A stretch of 64,000 nucleotides of DNA from an uncultured Gemmatimonadales bacterium (GCA_963748815.1 CAVVKJ010000014.1:1-64000), one strand, 5' to 3'; shown: positions 51,626-62,470, counted from the stretch's first letter. Translations and numbers: made by a program. Notes: a model not told the origin generated them from the letters alone.

Positions 51626-52786
51626 ATGGCTGACCCACTCCATCCCGATCCACCCCCGCTCTCCGCCGCCGAATTCCAGCGGTACTCCCGGCATCTCATC
51701 CTCCCGCACGTCGGCGAGGCCGGCCAGCGCCGGCTGAAGCAGGCGCGCGTCCTCGTGGTCGGGGCAGGGGGGCTCGGCTCCCCGGCGGCGCTGTACCTCG
51801 CCGCCGCCGGCGTCGGCACCATCGGCCTGGTCGACGCCGACCTGGTGGACGTCAGCAACCTGCAGCGCCAGGTCCTCCACGGGACCTCCACCGTCGGCCT
51901 GCCCAAGCTCGACTCCGCCCGGGACCGCATCCACGACCTCAATCCGCTCGTCGCCGTCGAGCGGTTTCCGGAGCGACTGACGTCGAAGAACGCGCTCGAC
52001 ATCTTCGCGGGGTTCGAGGTGGTGCTCGACGGCAGCGACAATTTCCCGACGCGATACCTGATCAACGACGCGGCCTTCCTCGCCGGAATCCCCGATGTCT
52101 ACGGCGCCATCTTCCAGTTCGAGGGGCAGGCCTCGGTGTTCGCGGCGAAGGACGGCCCCTGCTACCGATGCCTCTACGCGGAGCCGCCCCCGCCCGGCAT
52201 GGTCCCGGGATGCGCGGAGGCGGGGGTGCTCGGGGCGCTGCCAGGGGTCATCGGCTCCCTGCAGGCGATGGAGGCGATCAAGCTCGTGCTCGGCATCGGC
52301 GAGCCGCTCATCGGCCGCCTGATGCTGTTCGACGCGCTCCGGCTGCAGTTCCGGGAGCTCGCGCTCCAACGCGACCCCGCCTGTCCGCTTTGTGGGGCGC
52401 AACCCACCGTGCGCGAGTTGATCGACTACGAGGAGTTCTGCGGTGTGGTGCCCGTGACGGCGCCAGCGGGTCTCGAGGTGACGCCGGCCGAACTGCAGCG
52501 TGAACTGGCCGGAGGCCGGCCGGTCGTGCTGGTCGATGTGCGGGAAGTGCCGGAGTGGGAGCTGGTGCGGCTGGAGGGCGCGCGCCTGGCGCCGCTCTCG
52601 CGGTTGCCCGGCCTGGCGCATTCGCTTGACCCGTCGGCAAACATCGTCGCGTACTGCCACCACGGCGTGCGCTCGCTGCAGGCGGCGACCTTCCTCCGCT
52701 CGGTGGGACTGCCCCACGTGCGAAGCCTCGCCGGCGGCATCGACCGGTGGGCTCAGGAAATCGATCGGGAGATGGTGCGGTACTGA
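51626..52786 (+). CDS. moeB: MoeB/ThiF adenylyltransferase fused to rhodanese (MoeZ-type)
   Basis: RYSRH, GAGGLG, SNLQRQ, CYRC, CPLC, rhodanese YCHHGVRS. Confidence 0.92.
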   Translation: MADPLHPDPPPLSAAEFQRYSRHLILPHVGEAGQRRLKQARVLVVGAGGLGSPAALYLAAAGVGTIGLVDADLVDVSNLQRQVLHGTSTVGLPKLDSARDRIHDLNPLVAVERFPERLTSKNALDIFAGFEVVLDGSDNFPTRYLINDAAFLAGIPDVYGAIFQFEGQASVFAAKDGPCYRCLYAEPPPPGMVPGCAEAGVLGALPGVIGSLQAMEAIKLVLGIGEPLIGRLMLFDALRLQFRELALQRDPACPLCGAQPTVRELIDYEEFCGVVPVTAPAGLEVTPAELQRELAGGRPVVLVDVREVPEWELVRLEGARLAPLSRLPGLAHSLDPSANIVAYCHHGVRSLQAATFLRSVGLPHVRSLAGGIDRWAQEIDREMVRY

Positions 52787-52796
52787 GGAAGGGAAG

Positions 52797-52880
52797 TGCC
52801 GAAGGGGGGACTCGAACCCCCACGGGCTTGCGCCCACTGCGCCCTGAACGCAGCGCGTCTACCAATTCCACCACTTCGGC
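52797..52880 (-). tRNA. tRNA-Leu(CAG), CCA not encoded
   Basis: Acceptor stem GCCGAAG/CTTCGGC, D-arm GGAATTGGTAGAC, anticodon arm CTGCG-TTCAGGG-CGCAG, long variable arm, GGTTCGAGTCC. Confidence 0.97.
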
Positions 52881-52890
52881 GTGGGCGGCA

Positions 52891-52920
52891 AAGGTAGCGG
52901 GAGGCCGGCCCCGGCGTCAA
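52891..52920 (-). promoter_or_regulatory. Promoter candidate for tRNA-Leu
   Basis: TTGACG-N18-TACCTT on minus. Confidence 0.6.
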
Positions 52921-52928
52921 GCGGCCCG

Positions 52929-52957
52929 TTGACCCTCCCGAACCCACTGTCTATCTT
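52929..52957 (+). promoter_or_regulatory. Promoter candidate for the smpB operon
   Basis: TTGACC-N17-TATCTT. Confidence 0.65.
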
Positions 52958-52974
52958 GGGTTTACGAGCCGCCC

Positions 52975-53460
52975 ATGTCTACCAAATCGGATGCGCCCAC
53001 GGAGCGCCGGCATTCGGTCGCCCGCAATCCCAAGGCGACCCACGACTTCCACATCCTCGAGACGTGGGAGGCGGGCCTGGTGCTGACCGGTACCGAGGTC
53101 AAGTCGCTCCGCAGCGGCAAGGCGTCCATCAAGGAAGCGTACGCCCGGGTTTCCGGGGGACAGGTGTTTCTCGAAGGAATGAACGTCACGCCGTACGCCC
53201 AGGGCAACCGGTACAACCACGACCCGGTCCGTTCCCGCAAGCTCCTCCTCCATCGCCGCGAAATCAACCGGCTCATCGGTTCCGTCGAGCGCGACGGACT
53301 CAGCCTCGTGCCGCTCGAGCTCTACTTCAGCCGCGGCAAGGCCAAGATCGCCATCGGGCTCGGCCGCGGAAAGAAGCAGCACGACAAGCGGCAGGCGCTC
53401 AAGGAGCGGATGATCGACCGCGAAACCGCGCGCGCCATCGCGGTGGGACGGCAGCGATGA
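52975..53460 (+). CDS. smpB: SsrA-binding protein
   Basis: EAGLVLTGTEVKSLR, RKLLLHRREI, GKKQHDKR. Confidence 0.97.
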   Translation: MSTKSDAPTERRHSVARNPKATHDFHILETWEAGLVLTGTEVKSLRSGKASIKEAYARVSGGQVFLEGMNVTPYAQGNRYNHDPVRSRKLLLHRREINRLIGSVERDGLSLVPLELYFSRGKAKIAIGLGRGKKQHDKRQALKERMIDRETARAIAVGRQR

Positions 53461-54644
53461 ACGCGCTCGTGCTCCTCCTCGCGCTCTCCAGCGCGCACGT
53501 GCCCACCCAGATCGTGGTGGCGACGCCCCGCGGCGAAACGCGGCTCACGGTGGCCGCCGACGCCGAAGGCCGCCCGATGGTGGCCGCGCTCCCGCTCGCC
53601 ACCGCCCTCGGCGGCTCGATTCGGCGGGACGGCGCCTGGATCACCCTGGTCATTTCACGGCAGGATTTCTCCTTCCTGCCCTTTGCGCCGCTCTTCCGGC
53701 TCAACGACCGGATCGAACCACTCGCGGTGGAGGCCATCGAACGGGGGGATTCGCTCTTCGTCCCCTACCAGTTTGTCTCCGACATCCTTCCGCGGTACCT
53801 CGGCGAGCTCTACCAGTTCGACCGCGCCGCGGGCCGGCTGGTCCAGCTTGGAACGGTGGCCGTCGCCGCGCCGGCCCCGAAGCGCCTCCCCAACGGCCTG
53901 CTCCCCGGGCACATCGTGACGGTGGACGCCGGGCACGGCGGCGCCGACCCCGGCACCCTCGGCAAGTTCTTCCCCGCCAGCGTGACCGAGAAAGACGTGA
54001 CGCTCAAGGTGGCGCTCCTCCTGCGCGACGAGCTGGTCAAGCGCGGGATCACCGTTCGGATGACCCGCACCACCGACACGCGGCCCAGCAACCTCATTCG
54101 CGCCCCCACCTGCGACGCGAGCTGCGACCTCTTCATCAGCCTCCACGTCGACGCCCTCGATACCCGCAAGCGGCGCGACTATCGATCGGTCGACGGGTTC
54201 TCGACCCTGATCATCGGCGAGGAGAATTCCGCCGACGCGGATCGGGTGGCCCGCACGGAAAACGAGGCGCTTCGGTTCGAGACGCCGGAGGATCAGGAAC
54301 TGGTGGCCGGCCCCCTGGCGTTCATCCTGAAGGACCTGCAGATGAACGAGTACCTCCGCGAGTCGGCGCGGGCGGGGGCGCTCATCCAGACGCACCTCGA
54401 GCCCGTGCACCCCGGCGTCAACCGCGGCGTGAAGCAGCGCAACGACCTCGCCGTGCTGAATACCGGCCGCCGCCCCGGCGTCCTGGTGGAAATGGGGTAC
54501 AGCTCCAGTCCCTCCGACGCCAAGTTCCTCATGTCCTCCGATGGGCAGCGAAAGATTGCGCGCGTGCTGGCCGACGCGATCGTGGACTACCTGCTGGAGT
54601 TCGAGTGGAAGAGCGGCGTGCGCGCCGGTGGGCCAGGCCGATGA
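53457..54644 (+). CDS. N-acetylmuramoyl-L-alanine amidase (Amidase_3)
   Basis: VDAGHGGADPG, EKDVTL, FISLH, VLVEMGY. Confidence 0.88.
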   Translation: MNALVLLLALSSAHVPTQIVVATPRGETRLTVAADAEGRPMVAALPLATALGGSIRRDGAWITLVISRQDFSFLPFAPLFRLNDRIEPLAVEAIERGDSLFVPYQFVSDILPRYLGELYQFDRAAGRLVQLGTVAVAAPAPKRLPNGLLPGHIVTVDAGHGGADPGTLGKFFPASVTEKDVTLKVALLLRDELVKRGITVRMTRTTDTRPSNLIRAPTCDASCDLFISLHVDALDTRKRRDYRSVDGFSTLIIGEENSADADRVARTENEALRFETPEDQELVAGPLAFILKDLQMNEYLRESARAGALIQTHLEPVHPGVNRGVKQRNDLAVLNTGRRPGVLVEMGYSSSPSDAKFLMSSDGQRKIARVLADAIVDYLLEFEWKSGVRAGGPGR

Positions 54645-56035
54645 GGCGCGGCGCCTGGGTGCTCCTCCTCCTGCTCACCGGTTGTGTGTATTACAACGGG
54701 ATGTACAACGCCAACCGCCTGGCCAACCGCGCCAAGAAGGCGGAGGCCCAGGGTCGCACCTTCGAGGCGCAGGGCTACTGGGCCCAGGCGGAGGTCCGCG
54801 CCGATTCCGTCGTGGTCCGGCATCCGACCAGCAGCTGGGCCGACGACGCCCAGCTGATCCGGGGCCAGGCGATGGTCGCCCGGGGAGACTGCCCCGGCGC
54901 GTTGCCGGCCCTCGAGGCGGCGTCCTTCTCGCGCGACAGCCCCAAGGTGGCGCAGCAGGCCCAGGTGCTCCTCGGGCGCTGCCGCCTCGCGGCGGGCGAC
55001 CTGGTCGGCGCCGACCGCGCCTTCGTCGCACTCATGGACAGTCCCGACACCGCCGTCAGCCGGCCCGCGCGGTTGGAGCACGCCCGGGTCCTGCGCGCGC
55101 AGGGCGAATATGAGAGCGCGCTCGCCACTCTCGCGGGGCTGGACGGCCCCGCCGTGGATGCCGAGCGCGCGGCGGACTACGCCGGCCTCGGCGATCTGGC
55201 GCAGGCGGAACCGCTGATCGCCCAGGCCATCGCGCGCCAGGACCTCTCCGTCCCATGGGACTCGACCCTGGCCGGCGTCGGTCGGGTCGATCCCGGGCTC
55301 GCCTCGCGGTACACCTCCGAGGTGATCGCGATGCCCGGGCTCCCCATCGAATTGAGAGACCAGCTCCTCATCGCCGACGGATTGCGCCTCCTCCCGACCG
55401 ATCCCGATTCGGGGCTGGCCCGGCTTCGGGTGGCCGCGGCAGCGGAGCCGATGACCACCGCCTCACTGGATGCGCGGCTGCAGGTCGCGGTGTTCCTCCT
55501 CCGGCAGGCGGACACCCTCACCCAGTTGGAACTCGCGCGGGAGGAATTGACCGAGCTGAGCACGATCGGCGGACCCAACTCTGTCCAGGCGATCCGGTAT
55601 CTCCGCATCATGGACCGGGTGCAGGTGTACACCGACTCCATCACGCCGGGAGTGAGTCTCGGCGATCTCGCCACGTTCGTCCTCGCCGAGGCGGTGCGCG
55701 ACAGCCTGCCGACGCCCCGGATCGCCGCCGAGCTCTTTGCGACCGTCCCGGCGTGGTGGCCCGAGTCGCCCTATGCCCCGAAGGCGCTGCTGGCGCTCGC
55801 CGCGCTGGAGCCGATGAACTCCGGATCGATCGCGGCCACTCTCGAAGCGGATTACCCCGCCAGCCCCTACCTCCTCCTGGTGGCCGGCGATGTCACGCCA
55901 GCCGTGCTGGCGCTCGAGGACTCGCTGCAGGCGTACGCGGGGCTGGCGGCGCAAAACCGGGAGCCGAACCGGCCCCGGTCAATCAACGCCCCCGACCGCC
56001 CGGCGGGGCAGCGCCAGCAGGACGAACTCAAGTGA
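54641..56035 (+). CDS. TPR-like lipoprotein
   Basis: Lipobox LLTGC-VYYN, SSWADDA, helical repeats. Confidence 0.7.
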   Translation: MRRGAWVLLLLLTGCVYYNGMYNANRLANRAKKAEAQGRTFEAQGYWAQAEVRADSVVVRHPTSSWADDAQLIRGQAMVARGDCPGALPALEAASFSRDSPKVAQQAQVLLGRCRLAAGDLVGADRAFVALMDSPDTAVSRPARLEHARVLRAQGEYESALATLAGLDGPAVDAERAADYAGLGDLAQAEPLIAQAIARQDLSVPWDSTLAGVGRVDPGLASRYTSEVIAMPGLPIELRDQLLIADGLRLLPTDPDSGLARLRVAAAAEPMTTASLDARLQVAVFLLRQADTLTQLELAREELTELSTIGGPNSVQAIRYLRIMDRVQVYTDSITPGVSLGDLATFVLAEAVRDSLPTPRIAAELFATVPAWWPESPYAPKALLALAALEPMNSGSIAATLEADYPASPYLLLVAGDVTPAVLALEDSLQAYAGLAAQNREPNRPRSINAPDRPAGQRQQDELK

Positions 56036-56910
56036 TGGTCGCGACGCCGCTGGCACGAGTGGTGTTCGGCGCCCGATTCCAGAACCCGATCGTCCTCGCT
56101 TCCGGCACCGCCGGGTACGGGCGCGAACTCGCAGGGGTCATGGACCTCGACCGGCTGGGCGGGTTGGTGACGAAGGCGGTGTCCCTCGAGCCCCGGGCAG
56201 GGAACGCCCCGCCCAGAGTGGCGGAGTTTCGCGGCGGGATGCTCAACGCGATCGGGCTCGCCAATCCCGGACTCGCCCAGGTGCGCGCCGTGGAGTTGCC
56301 CTGGCTGCTGGGGCGGATGCAGGCAGGGCGGGTGCTGGTCAACGTGGTGGGGTTCACCATCGACGAATACGCATCGGTCGTCGAGGGGTTGGATGATCTC
56401 GAGGGGATCACCGCCTACGAACTGAACCTCTCCTGCCCCAACACCTCCGCCGGCGGCCTCGAGTTCGGCGCCGATGCGGCCTCGGTGACGGCCATCATCG
56501 CCCGCTGTCGACGGGTCACGAAGCGCCCGCTCGTCGCGAAACTCTCGCCGGTGCTGCCGGACATCGCGGCGATCGCGCTGGTGGCGCGCGACGCCGGCGC
56601 CGACGGTGTCGCGGTCGTGAACACCCTGCCGGGCATGGCCCTCGATCCGCATGGCACCCCGCGCCTCGGCAACGGGAATGGCGGCGCGAGCGGGCCGGTG
56701 CTCCTCCCCGCTGGCGTCCTCGCGGTGCGCCGCGTCCGCGAGCGGGCGCCCGACCTCCCCATCATCGGGCTCGGCGGCGTGCGCAGTGCGGACGATGCCA
56801 GGCAGTACCTCGCGGTCGGTGCCACGCTCGTCGGGATTGGGACGGGGGCGCTCGCCGACCCCCGCCTCCCGGAACGGATCATCGCAGAACTGGAGCGCCA
56901 CGGTGGCTGA
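56035..56910 (+). CDS. pyrD: Dihydroorotate dehydrogenase, family 1
   Basis: NPIVLASGT, MLNAIGLANPG, ELNLSCPN, KLSP, IIGLGG. Confidence 0.93.
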   Translation: MVATPLARVVFGARFQNPIVLASGTAGYGRELAGVMDLDRLGGLVTKAVSLEPRAGNAPPRVAEFRGGMLNAIGLANPGLAQVRAVELPWLLGRMQAGRVLVNVVGFTIDEYASVVEGLDDLEGITAYELNLSCPNTSAGGLEFGADAASVTAIIARCRRVTKRPLVAKLSPVLPDIAAIALVARDAGADGVAVVNTLPGMALDPHGTPRLGNGNGGASGPVLLPAGVLAVRRVRERAPDLPIIGLGGVRSADDARQYLAVGATLVGIGTGALADPRLPERIIAELERHGG

Positions 56911-57586
56911 GGTCATCCTCGCCCTCGACGTCGACTCGGCGGACGATGGTCGCAGGCTGCTCGACCGGCTTCCGGACCTCCGCTGGGTCAAGGTCGGGTC
57001 GGTGTTGATGACGCGTGAAGGCGCGCCGCTCATCGCCGAACTGCACACGCGCGGCGTCCGCGTCTTCCTCGACCTCAAATGGCACGACATCCCCAATACC
57101 GTCGCCGGCGCGGTGCGCGCGGCGGAGTCGCTCGGCGTGGCGATGGCGACGGTGCATACCCTCGGCGGCCTGCCGATGCTGCGGGCGGCGCAGGGCGCCG
57201 CCGGCGATCTGGGCCTCGTCGGCGTCACCGTGCTGACCTCGCATGGCGCGGACGGATATGCCGCCGCGGTGGCTCGGTCCTCGGTGGATCTCGAGGCGGA
57301 GGTTTCCCGGTTGGCGGGCGCGGCGGTGGAGGCGGGGCTGCGCGGCGTGGTCTGCTCGCCGGCGGAGATTGCGGTGGTCCGCCCCATCCTGCCACCAGCG
57401 GCGTGGGTCGTGGTGCCGGGGATTCGCCGGGCGGTCGACGCCGCCGGCGACCAGGTGCGCATTGCCACCCCGCGCGAGGCGGCCGCCGCCGGCGCGACCC
57501 ACCTGGTGGTCGGCCGGCCCATCACCCAGGCCCCCAACCCGGCAGCCGTGCTGGCGGAGTTCACCGCCGAGGCGGACGCGGGATGA
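56903..57586 (+). CDS. pyrF: Orotidine-5'-phosphate decarboxylase
   Basis: ILALD, FLDLKWHDIPNTV, VTVLTS, PGIR, VVGRPI. Confidence 0.95.
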   Translation: MAEVILALDVDSADDGRRLLDRLPDLRWVKVGSVLMTREGAPLIAELHTRGVRVFLDLKWHDIPNTVAGAVRAAESLGVAMATVHTLGGLPMLRAAQGAAGDLGLVGVTVLTSHGADGYAAAVARSSVDLEAEVSRLAGAAVEAGLRGVVCSPAEIAVVRPILPPAAWVVVPGIRRAVDAAGDQVRIATPREAAAAGATHLVVGRPITQAPNPAAVLAEFTAEADAG

Positions 57587-58023
57587 TGCGAAACCTCTCG
57601 GTGGCCATCGCCGCGACCCTGATCGGCGGCGCCTCCCCGCTTCCCCGCTTCCCCGCCTCCCCGCCGACCCTCGCCGAAGTCGCCGACTCCGCCCGCGCCT
57701 CCTGGCAGCGCCGAGACCTCCGGGCCTTTCTCGCCCCGGCCGAGGGCGGGCGCCTGCTCGTGACCCTGCCGGCCGGGGAGAAGTCGGCTCCTATCACCGC
57801 GGACCAGGCCCGTGCCCTGCTATCGTCATATCTTCAAGGGACACAAGAGGTTAAGACGACGGTGCTGGGGGCGACGGCGGTGGATTCCCTCCAGGGGTAC
57901 GTCGAACTGGGCCGGCGGTACCGGGTCGTGGGGATTCCCGGGGAGCAGGAGGCCACGATCCTGCTCAGCTACCGGCGGGGACGGTCGGTCTGGGTCCTGA
58001 GCGAGGTCCGGATCGCCTCGTAA
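57583..58023 (+). CDS. Hypothetical exported protein with an octamer repeat in its N-terminus
   Basis: ATGA coupling to pyrF; signal-like N-terminus; [11 protein letters not shown] encoded by CCCCGCTT units. Confidence 0.6.
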   Translation: MMRNLSVAIAATLIGGASPLPRFPASPPTLAEVADSARASWQRRDLRAFLAPAEGGRLLVTLPAGEKSAPITADQARALLSSYLQGTQEVKTTVLGATAVDSLQGYVELGRRYRVVGIPGEQEATILLSYRRGRSVWVLSEVRIAS

Positions 58024-58032
58024 CCGCTTCCC

Positions 58033-58061
58033 TTGCGTTGGGTTCTGGCGCGGTCTATATT
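58033..58061 (+). promoter_or_regulatory. Promoter candidate for the alpha operon
   Basis: TTGCGT-N17-TATATT. Confidence 0.6.
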
Positions 58062-58099
58062 CCTCAGCTACCTCAAAGTTTGGTCCTGGGAGAGATTCC

Positions 58100-58216
58100 G
58101 TGAAGGTTCGTTCGAGTGTCAAGCCAATTTGTGAACACTGCAAGGTCGTCAAGCGACAGGGCGTTGTTCGCATCATTTGCAAGCGCAACCCCAAGCACAA
58201 GCAACGGCAGGGCTGA
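58100..58216 (+). CDS. rpmJ: 50S ribosomal protein L36 (not in the ORF track)
   Basis: [41 protein letters not shown] start. Confidence 0.97.
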   Translation: MKVRSSVKPICEHCKVVKRQGVVRIICKRNPKHKQRQG

Positions 58217-58218
58217 TC

Positions 58219-58599
58219 ATGGCACGCATTGCAGGCGTGGACCTTCCGCGCGAGAAGCGGGTCGAGATTGCCCTGACGTACATCTTCGGGGTGGGTCGTC
58301 CCACGAGCGTCCGGATCCTCACCGAGGCCGGCGTTCCTGCCGACACGCGGGTCCGGGATCTCTCGGACACCGAGGTGGCACGGCTTCGTCAGTTCATCGA
58401 GCGCGCGCTGAAGGTCGAGGGCGCCCTCCGGACTGAAGTGGCGATGAACATCAAGCGGCTGATGGACATCGGCAGCTATCGCGGGTCGCGGCACCGCCGG
58501 GGTCTTCCGGTGCGTGGTCAGCGTACCCATACCAACGCCCGGACCAAGAAGGGTCCCCGGCGGGCCATTGCTGGCAAGAAGAAGGCGACGAAGAAGTAA
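58219..58599 (+). CDS. rpsM: 30S ribosomal protein S13
   Basis: [26 protein letters not shown]. Confidence 0.97.
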   Translation: MARIAGVDLPREKRVEIALTYIFGVGRPTSVRILTEAGVPADTRVRDLSDTEVARLRQFIERALKVEGALRTEVAMNIKRLMDIGSYRGSRHRRGLPVRGQRTHTNARTKKGPRRAIAGKKKATKK

Positions 58600-58601
58600 C
58601 C

Positions 58602-59036
58602 ATGACTGCACCTACTCCGGACACTCCGGCCACACCGACGCCCGCCGCGCCTGCGAAGGCGACCGGCGCCAAGCGGTCCAAGAAGATCGTCGAGTCCGAG
58701 GGCATTGCCCACATCTCGGCCACGTTCAACAACGTGCTCATCACCATCACCGACATGAAGGGCAACGCCCTGGCATGGGGGACGGCGGGCAAGGCGGGGT
58801 TCAAGGGCTCCAAGAAGTCCACCCCCTTCGCCGCCACGGTGGCCGCGGAAGGCGCCGGCCGCGAGGCGATGAACCTCGGCGTGCGCCGGGTCCACGTGCG
58901 CGTGCAGGGCCCGGGCAGCGGCCGCGAGTCGGCCATCCAGGCGCTCGCCTCGGTCGGCCTGCGGGTCGTCTCCATCCGGGACGTCACCCCGATTCCCCAC
59001 AACGGGTGCCGTCCCCCGAAGAAGCGGCGGGTCTAA
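58602..59036 (+). CDS. rpsK: 30S ribosomal protein S11
   Basis: [32 protein letters not shown]. Confidence 0.97.
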   Translation: MTAPTPDTPATPTPAAPAKATGAKRSKKIVESEGIAHISATFNNVLITITDMKGNALAWGTAGKAGFKGSKKSTPFAATVAAEGAGREAMNLGVRRVHVRVQGPGSGRESAIQALASVGLRVVSIRDVTPIPHNGCRPPKKRRV

Positions 59037-59038
59037 CG

Positions 59039-59674
59039 ATGTCGCGCTACACTGGACCCAGCTGCCGGCTCTGCCGTCGCGAGGGCACGAAGCTCTTCCT
59101 GAAGGGCACCCGCTGTCTCACCGAGAAGTGCGCCGTCGAGCGCCGGGCGTACGCGCCAGGCCAGCACGGGCAGGGCACCGGTCGCGGCCGCAAGCCGTCC
59201 GAGTACTCGAAGCAGCTCCGGGAAAAGCAGAAGGTCAAGCGGATGTACGGCCTGACCGAGGGGCAGTTCCGCAACCTGTTCGAGCGCGTCACCCACGAGT
59301 CCGGCGTCAAGGGCACCAACCTGCTCATCGCCCTCGAGTCGCGCCTCGACAACATCGTCTACCGGATGGGCTTCGCCTCGAGCCGCAAGGCGGCGCGGCA
59401 GCTCGTCAACCACGGCCACGTCGAAGTCAACGGCCGCCGGGTGGACATTGCGTCGTACCACGTCATGCCCGGACAGGAAGTCCGGGTCGCTCCGACCAGC
59501 CGCGACATGGTGGCGGTCAAGGCGGCGCAGGAGTACGCGTCGCGCGGGGCTCCGGTTTCCTGGCTCTCCGTCGACGGCGACAAGGCCGCTGGACGGTACG
59601 TTGAGCGTCCCACGCGCGAGGCCATCCCGGTCAACGCGCAGGAACAGCTCATCGTCGAGCTCTACTCGAAGTAA
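59039..59674 (+). CDS. rpsD: 30S ribosomal protein S4
   Basis: MSRYTGP.CRLCRREG, LESRLDN, QLIVELYSK. Confidence 0.97.
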   Translation: MSRYTGPSCRLCRREGTKLFLKGTRCLTEKCAVERRAYAPGQHGQGTGRGRKPSEYSKQLREKQKVKRMYGLTEGQFRNLFERVTHESGVKGTNLLIALESRLDNIVYRMGFASSRKAARQLVNHGHVEVNGRRVDIASYHVMPGQEVRVAPTSRDMVAVKAAQEYASRGAPVSWLSVDGDKAAGRYVERPTREAIPVNAQEQLIVELYSK

Positions 59675-59689
59675 GTGGCGGCCCGAATC

Positions 59690-60742
59690 ATGACCATTGA
59701 CCTGACCGGACTCGTCCGCCCGCACCTGCTCGAAATGAGCCGGCGCGAGGACAATCCGAACGCCGCCGAATTCCGACTCCAGCCGTTGGAGCGGGGCTTC
59801 GGCTATACCCTCGGCAACTCACTCCGCCGCCTGCTGCTCTCCTCGCTCCGCGGGTCCGCGGTCTGGGGTTTCCGGCTCGACGGCGTCGTGCACGAGCACC
59901 AGACCGTCCAGGGCGTCCTCGAGGACATCCACCAGGTCGTGCAGCGCCTCAAGGGGCTGACGCTGGTGCTGGTCCCCGAGGTGGACGAGGCCGTGCTCCA
60001 CATCAAGAAGAACGGCCCCGGTCCGGTGTATGCCCGGGACATCCAGCCGCACGGCTCCGTCACCGTCGTCAATCCCGACCACCTGCTCTTCACCGTGCAG
60101 GAAGACCGGGAAGTCAACGCGGAGCTGTACGTGAACAAGGGCCGGGGCTACGTCGAGTCGGAGCTCCACCCCTTCGATCGCTCGCTGCCGGTCGACCTCG
60201 TCCGGATCGACGCCATCTACAACCCGGTTACCCGCGCCAACTTCACGGTGGCGGAAACCCGCGTCGGCCAGCGCACCGACTATGACCGCCTGACGGTCAC
60301 CGTCGAAACCAACGGCACCATCTCGCCCGAAGACGCGGTGGCCTATGCCGCCGCCCTCGCGCAGGAGCACTTCCGGTACTTCGTCGACTTCGGCAAGGTG
60401 CCCGTCATGCGTGAGCCGGCCCCGGTCGTCTCCGAGCTCGGCGGCGATCTCCGCGACAGCCTCTCGCGCCCCATCGACGACCTCGGCCTCTCGGTCCGGT
60501 CGCTGAACTCGCTCAAGAATTCCAACATCCGCACGCTGCAGGACCTGATCGCCTACTCCGAGGAAGACCTCCTCAAGGTCAAGAACGTCGGCGAGAAGGC
60601 CGTGTCGGAAATCGTCGAGTTGCTGCAGAAGGAAGGCCTGGCCTTCGGGCACGTGCTCGACGAGATCGCCGGCGTGCTGCGCCCCAAGGGTGCCGATGCC
60701 TCGGCCGCGGCGCCTGCCGCCAGCAACGGGGAGATCGCCTAG
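59690..60742 (+). CDS. rpoA: RNA polymerase alpha subunit
   Basis: PLERGFGYTLGNSLRR, RVGQRTDYD, LSVRSLNSL. Confidence 0.97.
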   Translation: MTIDLTGLVRPHLLEMSRREDNPNAAEFRLQPLERGFGYTLGNSLRRLLLSSLRGSAVWGFRLDGVVHEHQTVQGVLEDIHQVVQRLKGLTLVLVPEVDEAVLHIKKNGPGPVYARDIQPHGSVTVVNPDHLLFTVQEDREVNAELYVNKGRGYVESELHPFDRSLPVDLVRIDAIYNPVTRANFTVAETRVGQRTDYDRLTVTVETNGTISPEDAVAYAAALAQEHFRYFVDFGKVPVMREPAPVVSELGGDLRDSLSRPIDDLGLSVRSLNSLKNSNIRTLQDLIAYSEEDLLKVKNVGEKAVSEIVELLQKEGLAFGHVLDEIAGVLRPKGADASAAAPAASNGEIA

Positions 60743-61099
60743 ATGCGTCACCGCGCCAAGGGACGGCAGCTGTCCCGCACCTCCGCTCATCGCCGCGCGC
60801 TGCTGAACAACATGGCCACCAGCCTGTTCAAGCACGAAGGCATCAATACGACCGAAGCCAAGGCCAAGGAGCTCCGGCCCTTCGCCGAGAAGCTCATCAC
60901 CCTGGCCCGCCGCGGCGACCTGCACGCGCGCCGGCTCGTCGGCCGGAACATCAAGGACCGCGAGGTCCTCGGCCGGCTCTTCGCCGAACTCGGCCCGCGC
61001 TTCGCGGCCCGGCCCGGCGGCTACACCCGCATCCTCAAGATGGGGCACCGACCCGGCGACGGCGCCGACGTGGCTCGCATCGAGTTGCTCGCGGAGTAA
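60743..61099 (+). CDS. rplQ: 50S ribosomal protein L17
   Basis: MRHR, TTEAKAKE, RPGGYTRILK. Confidence 0.97.
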   Translation: MRHRAKGRQLSRTSAHRRALLNNMATSLFKHEGINTTEAKAKELRPFAEKLITLARRGDLHARRLVGRNIKDREVLGRLFAELGPRFAARPGGYTRILKMGHRPGDGADVARIELLAE

Positions 61100-61128
61100 G
61101 GGTGGCACTGCCCGCCTCCGAAACGACG

Positions 61129-61156
61129 AAGGGGACCCGCGAGGGTCCCCTTTTTT
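61129..61156 (+). terminator. Rho-independent terminator
   Basis: AAGGGGACCC-GCGA-GGGTCCCC-TTTTTT. Confidence 0.9.
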
Positions 61157-61206
61157 ACAGCACAGCCATGGTCCTGACGGCGCCGCCCGCGCGGGCGCGC
61201 CCCGGT

Positions 61207-61398
61207 TCAGCTCGCCTTGGCGATCTTGTTGCCCTTGATGCACTGGGTGCAGACGCGAACCCGCTTCGGCGCGCCGTCCTTCATGACGCGTACCGTCTGC
61301 AGGTTCGGATACCAGCGGCGGTTCGTGCGGTTCTTGGCGTGGCTGACGTTATTGCCGGTGACCGGCCCCTTGCCACACGTGCTGCATACCCGTGCCAT
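61207..61398 (-). CDS. rpmB: 50S ribosomal protein L28
   Basis: [30 protein letters not shown]. Confidence 0.96.
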   Translation of the reverse strand: MARVCSTCGKGPVTGNNVSHAKNRTNRRWYPNLQTVRVMKDGAPKRVRVCTQCIKGNKIAKAS

Positions 61399-61465
61399 AT
61401 GTCCATCCCTCAAGCAGTTACGACATTGACGGTACAGCCGGAAACCACGAAATCTAACCCGGTGA

Positions 61466-62469
<1,004 letters not shown>

Positions 62470-62470
<1 letters not shown>

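Noticed and set aside
52780..52880. tRNA-Leu as an integration site for an island
   Set aside because: No integrase, no duplicated tRNA 3' end noticed, and the flanking genes are housekeeping.
52880..53460. tmRNA (ssrA) beside smpB
   Set aside because: No tmRNA-like ends and no room; the neighbouring RNA is a standard tRNA-Leu.
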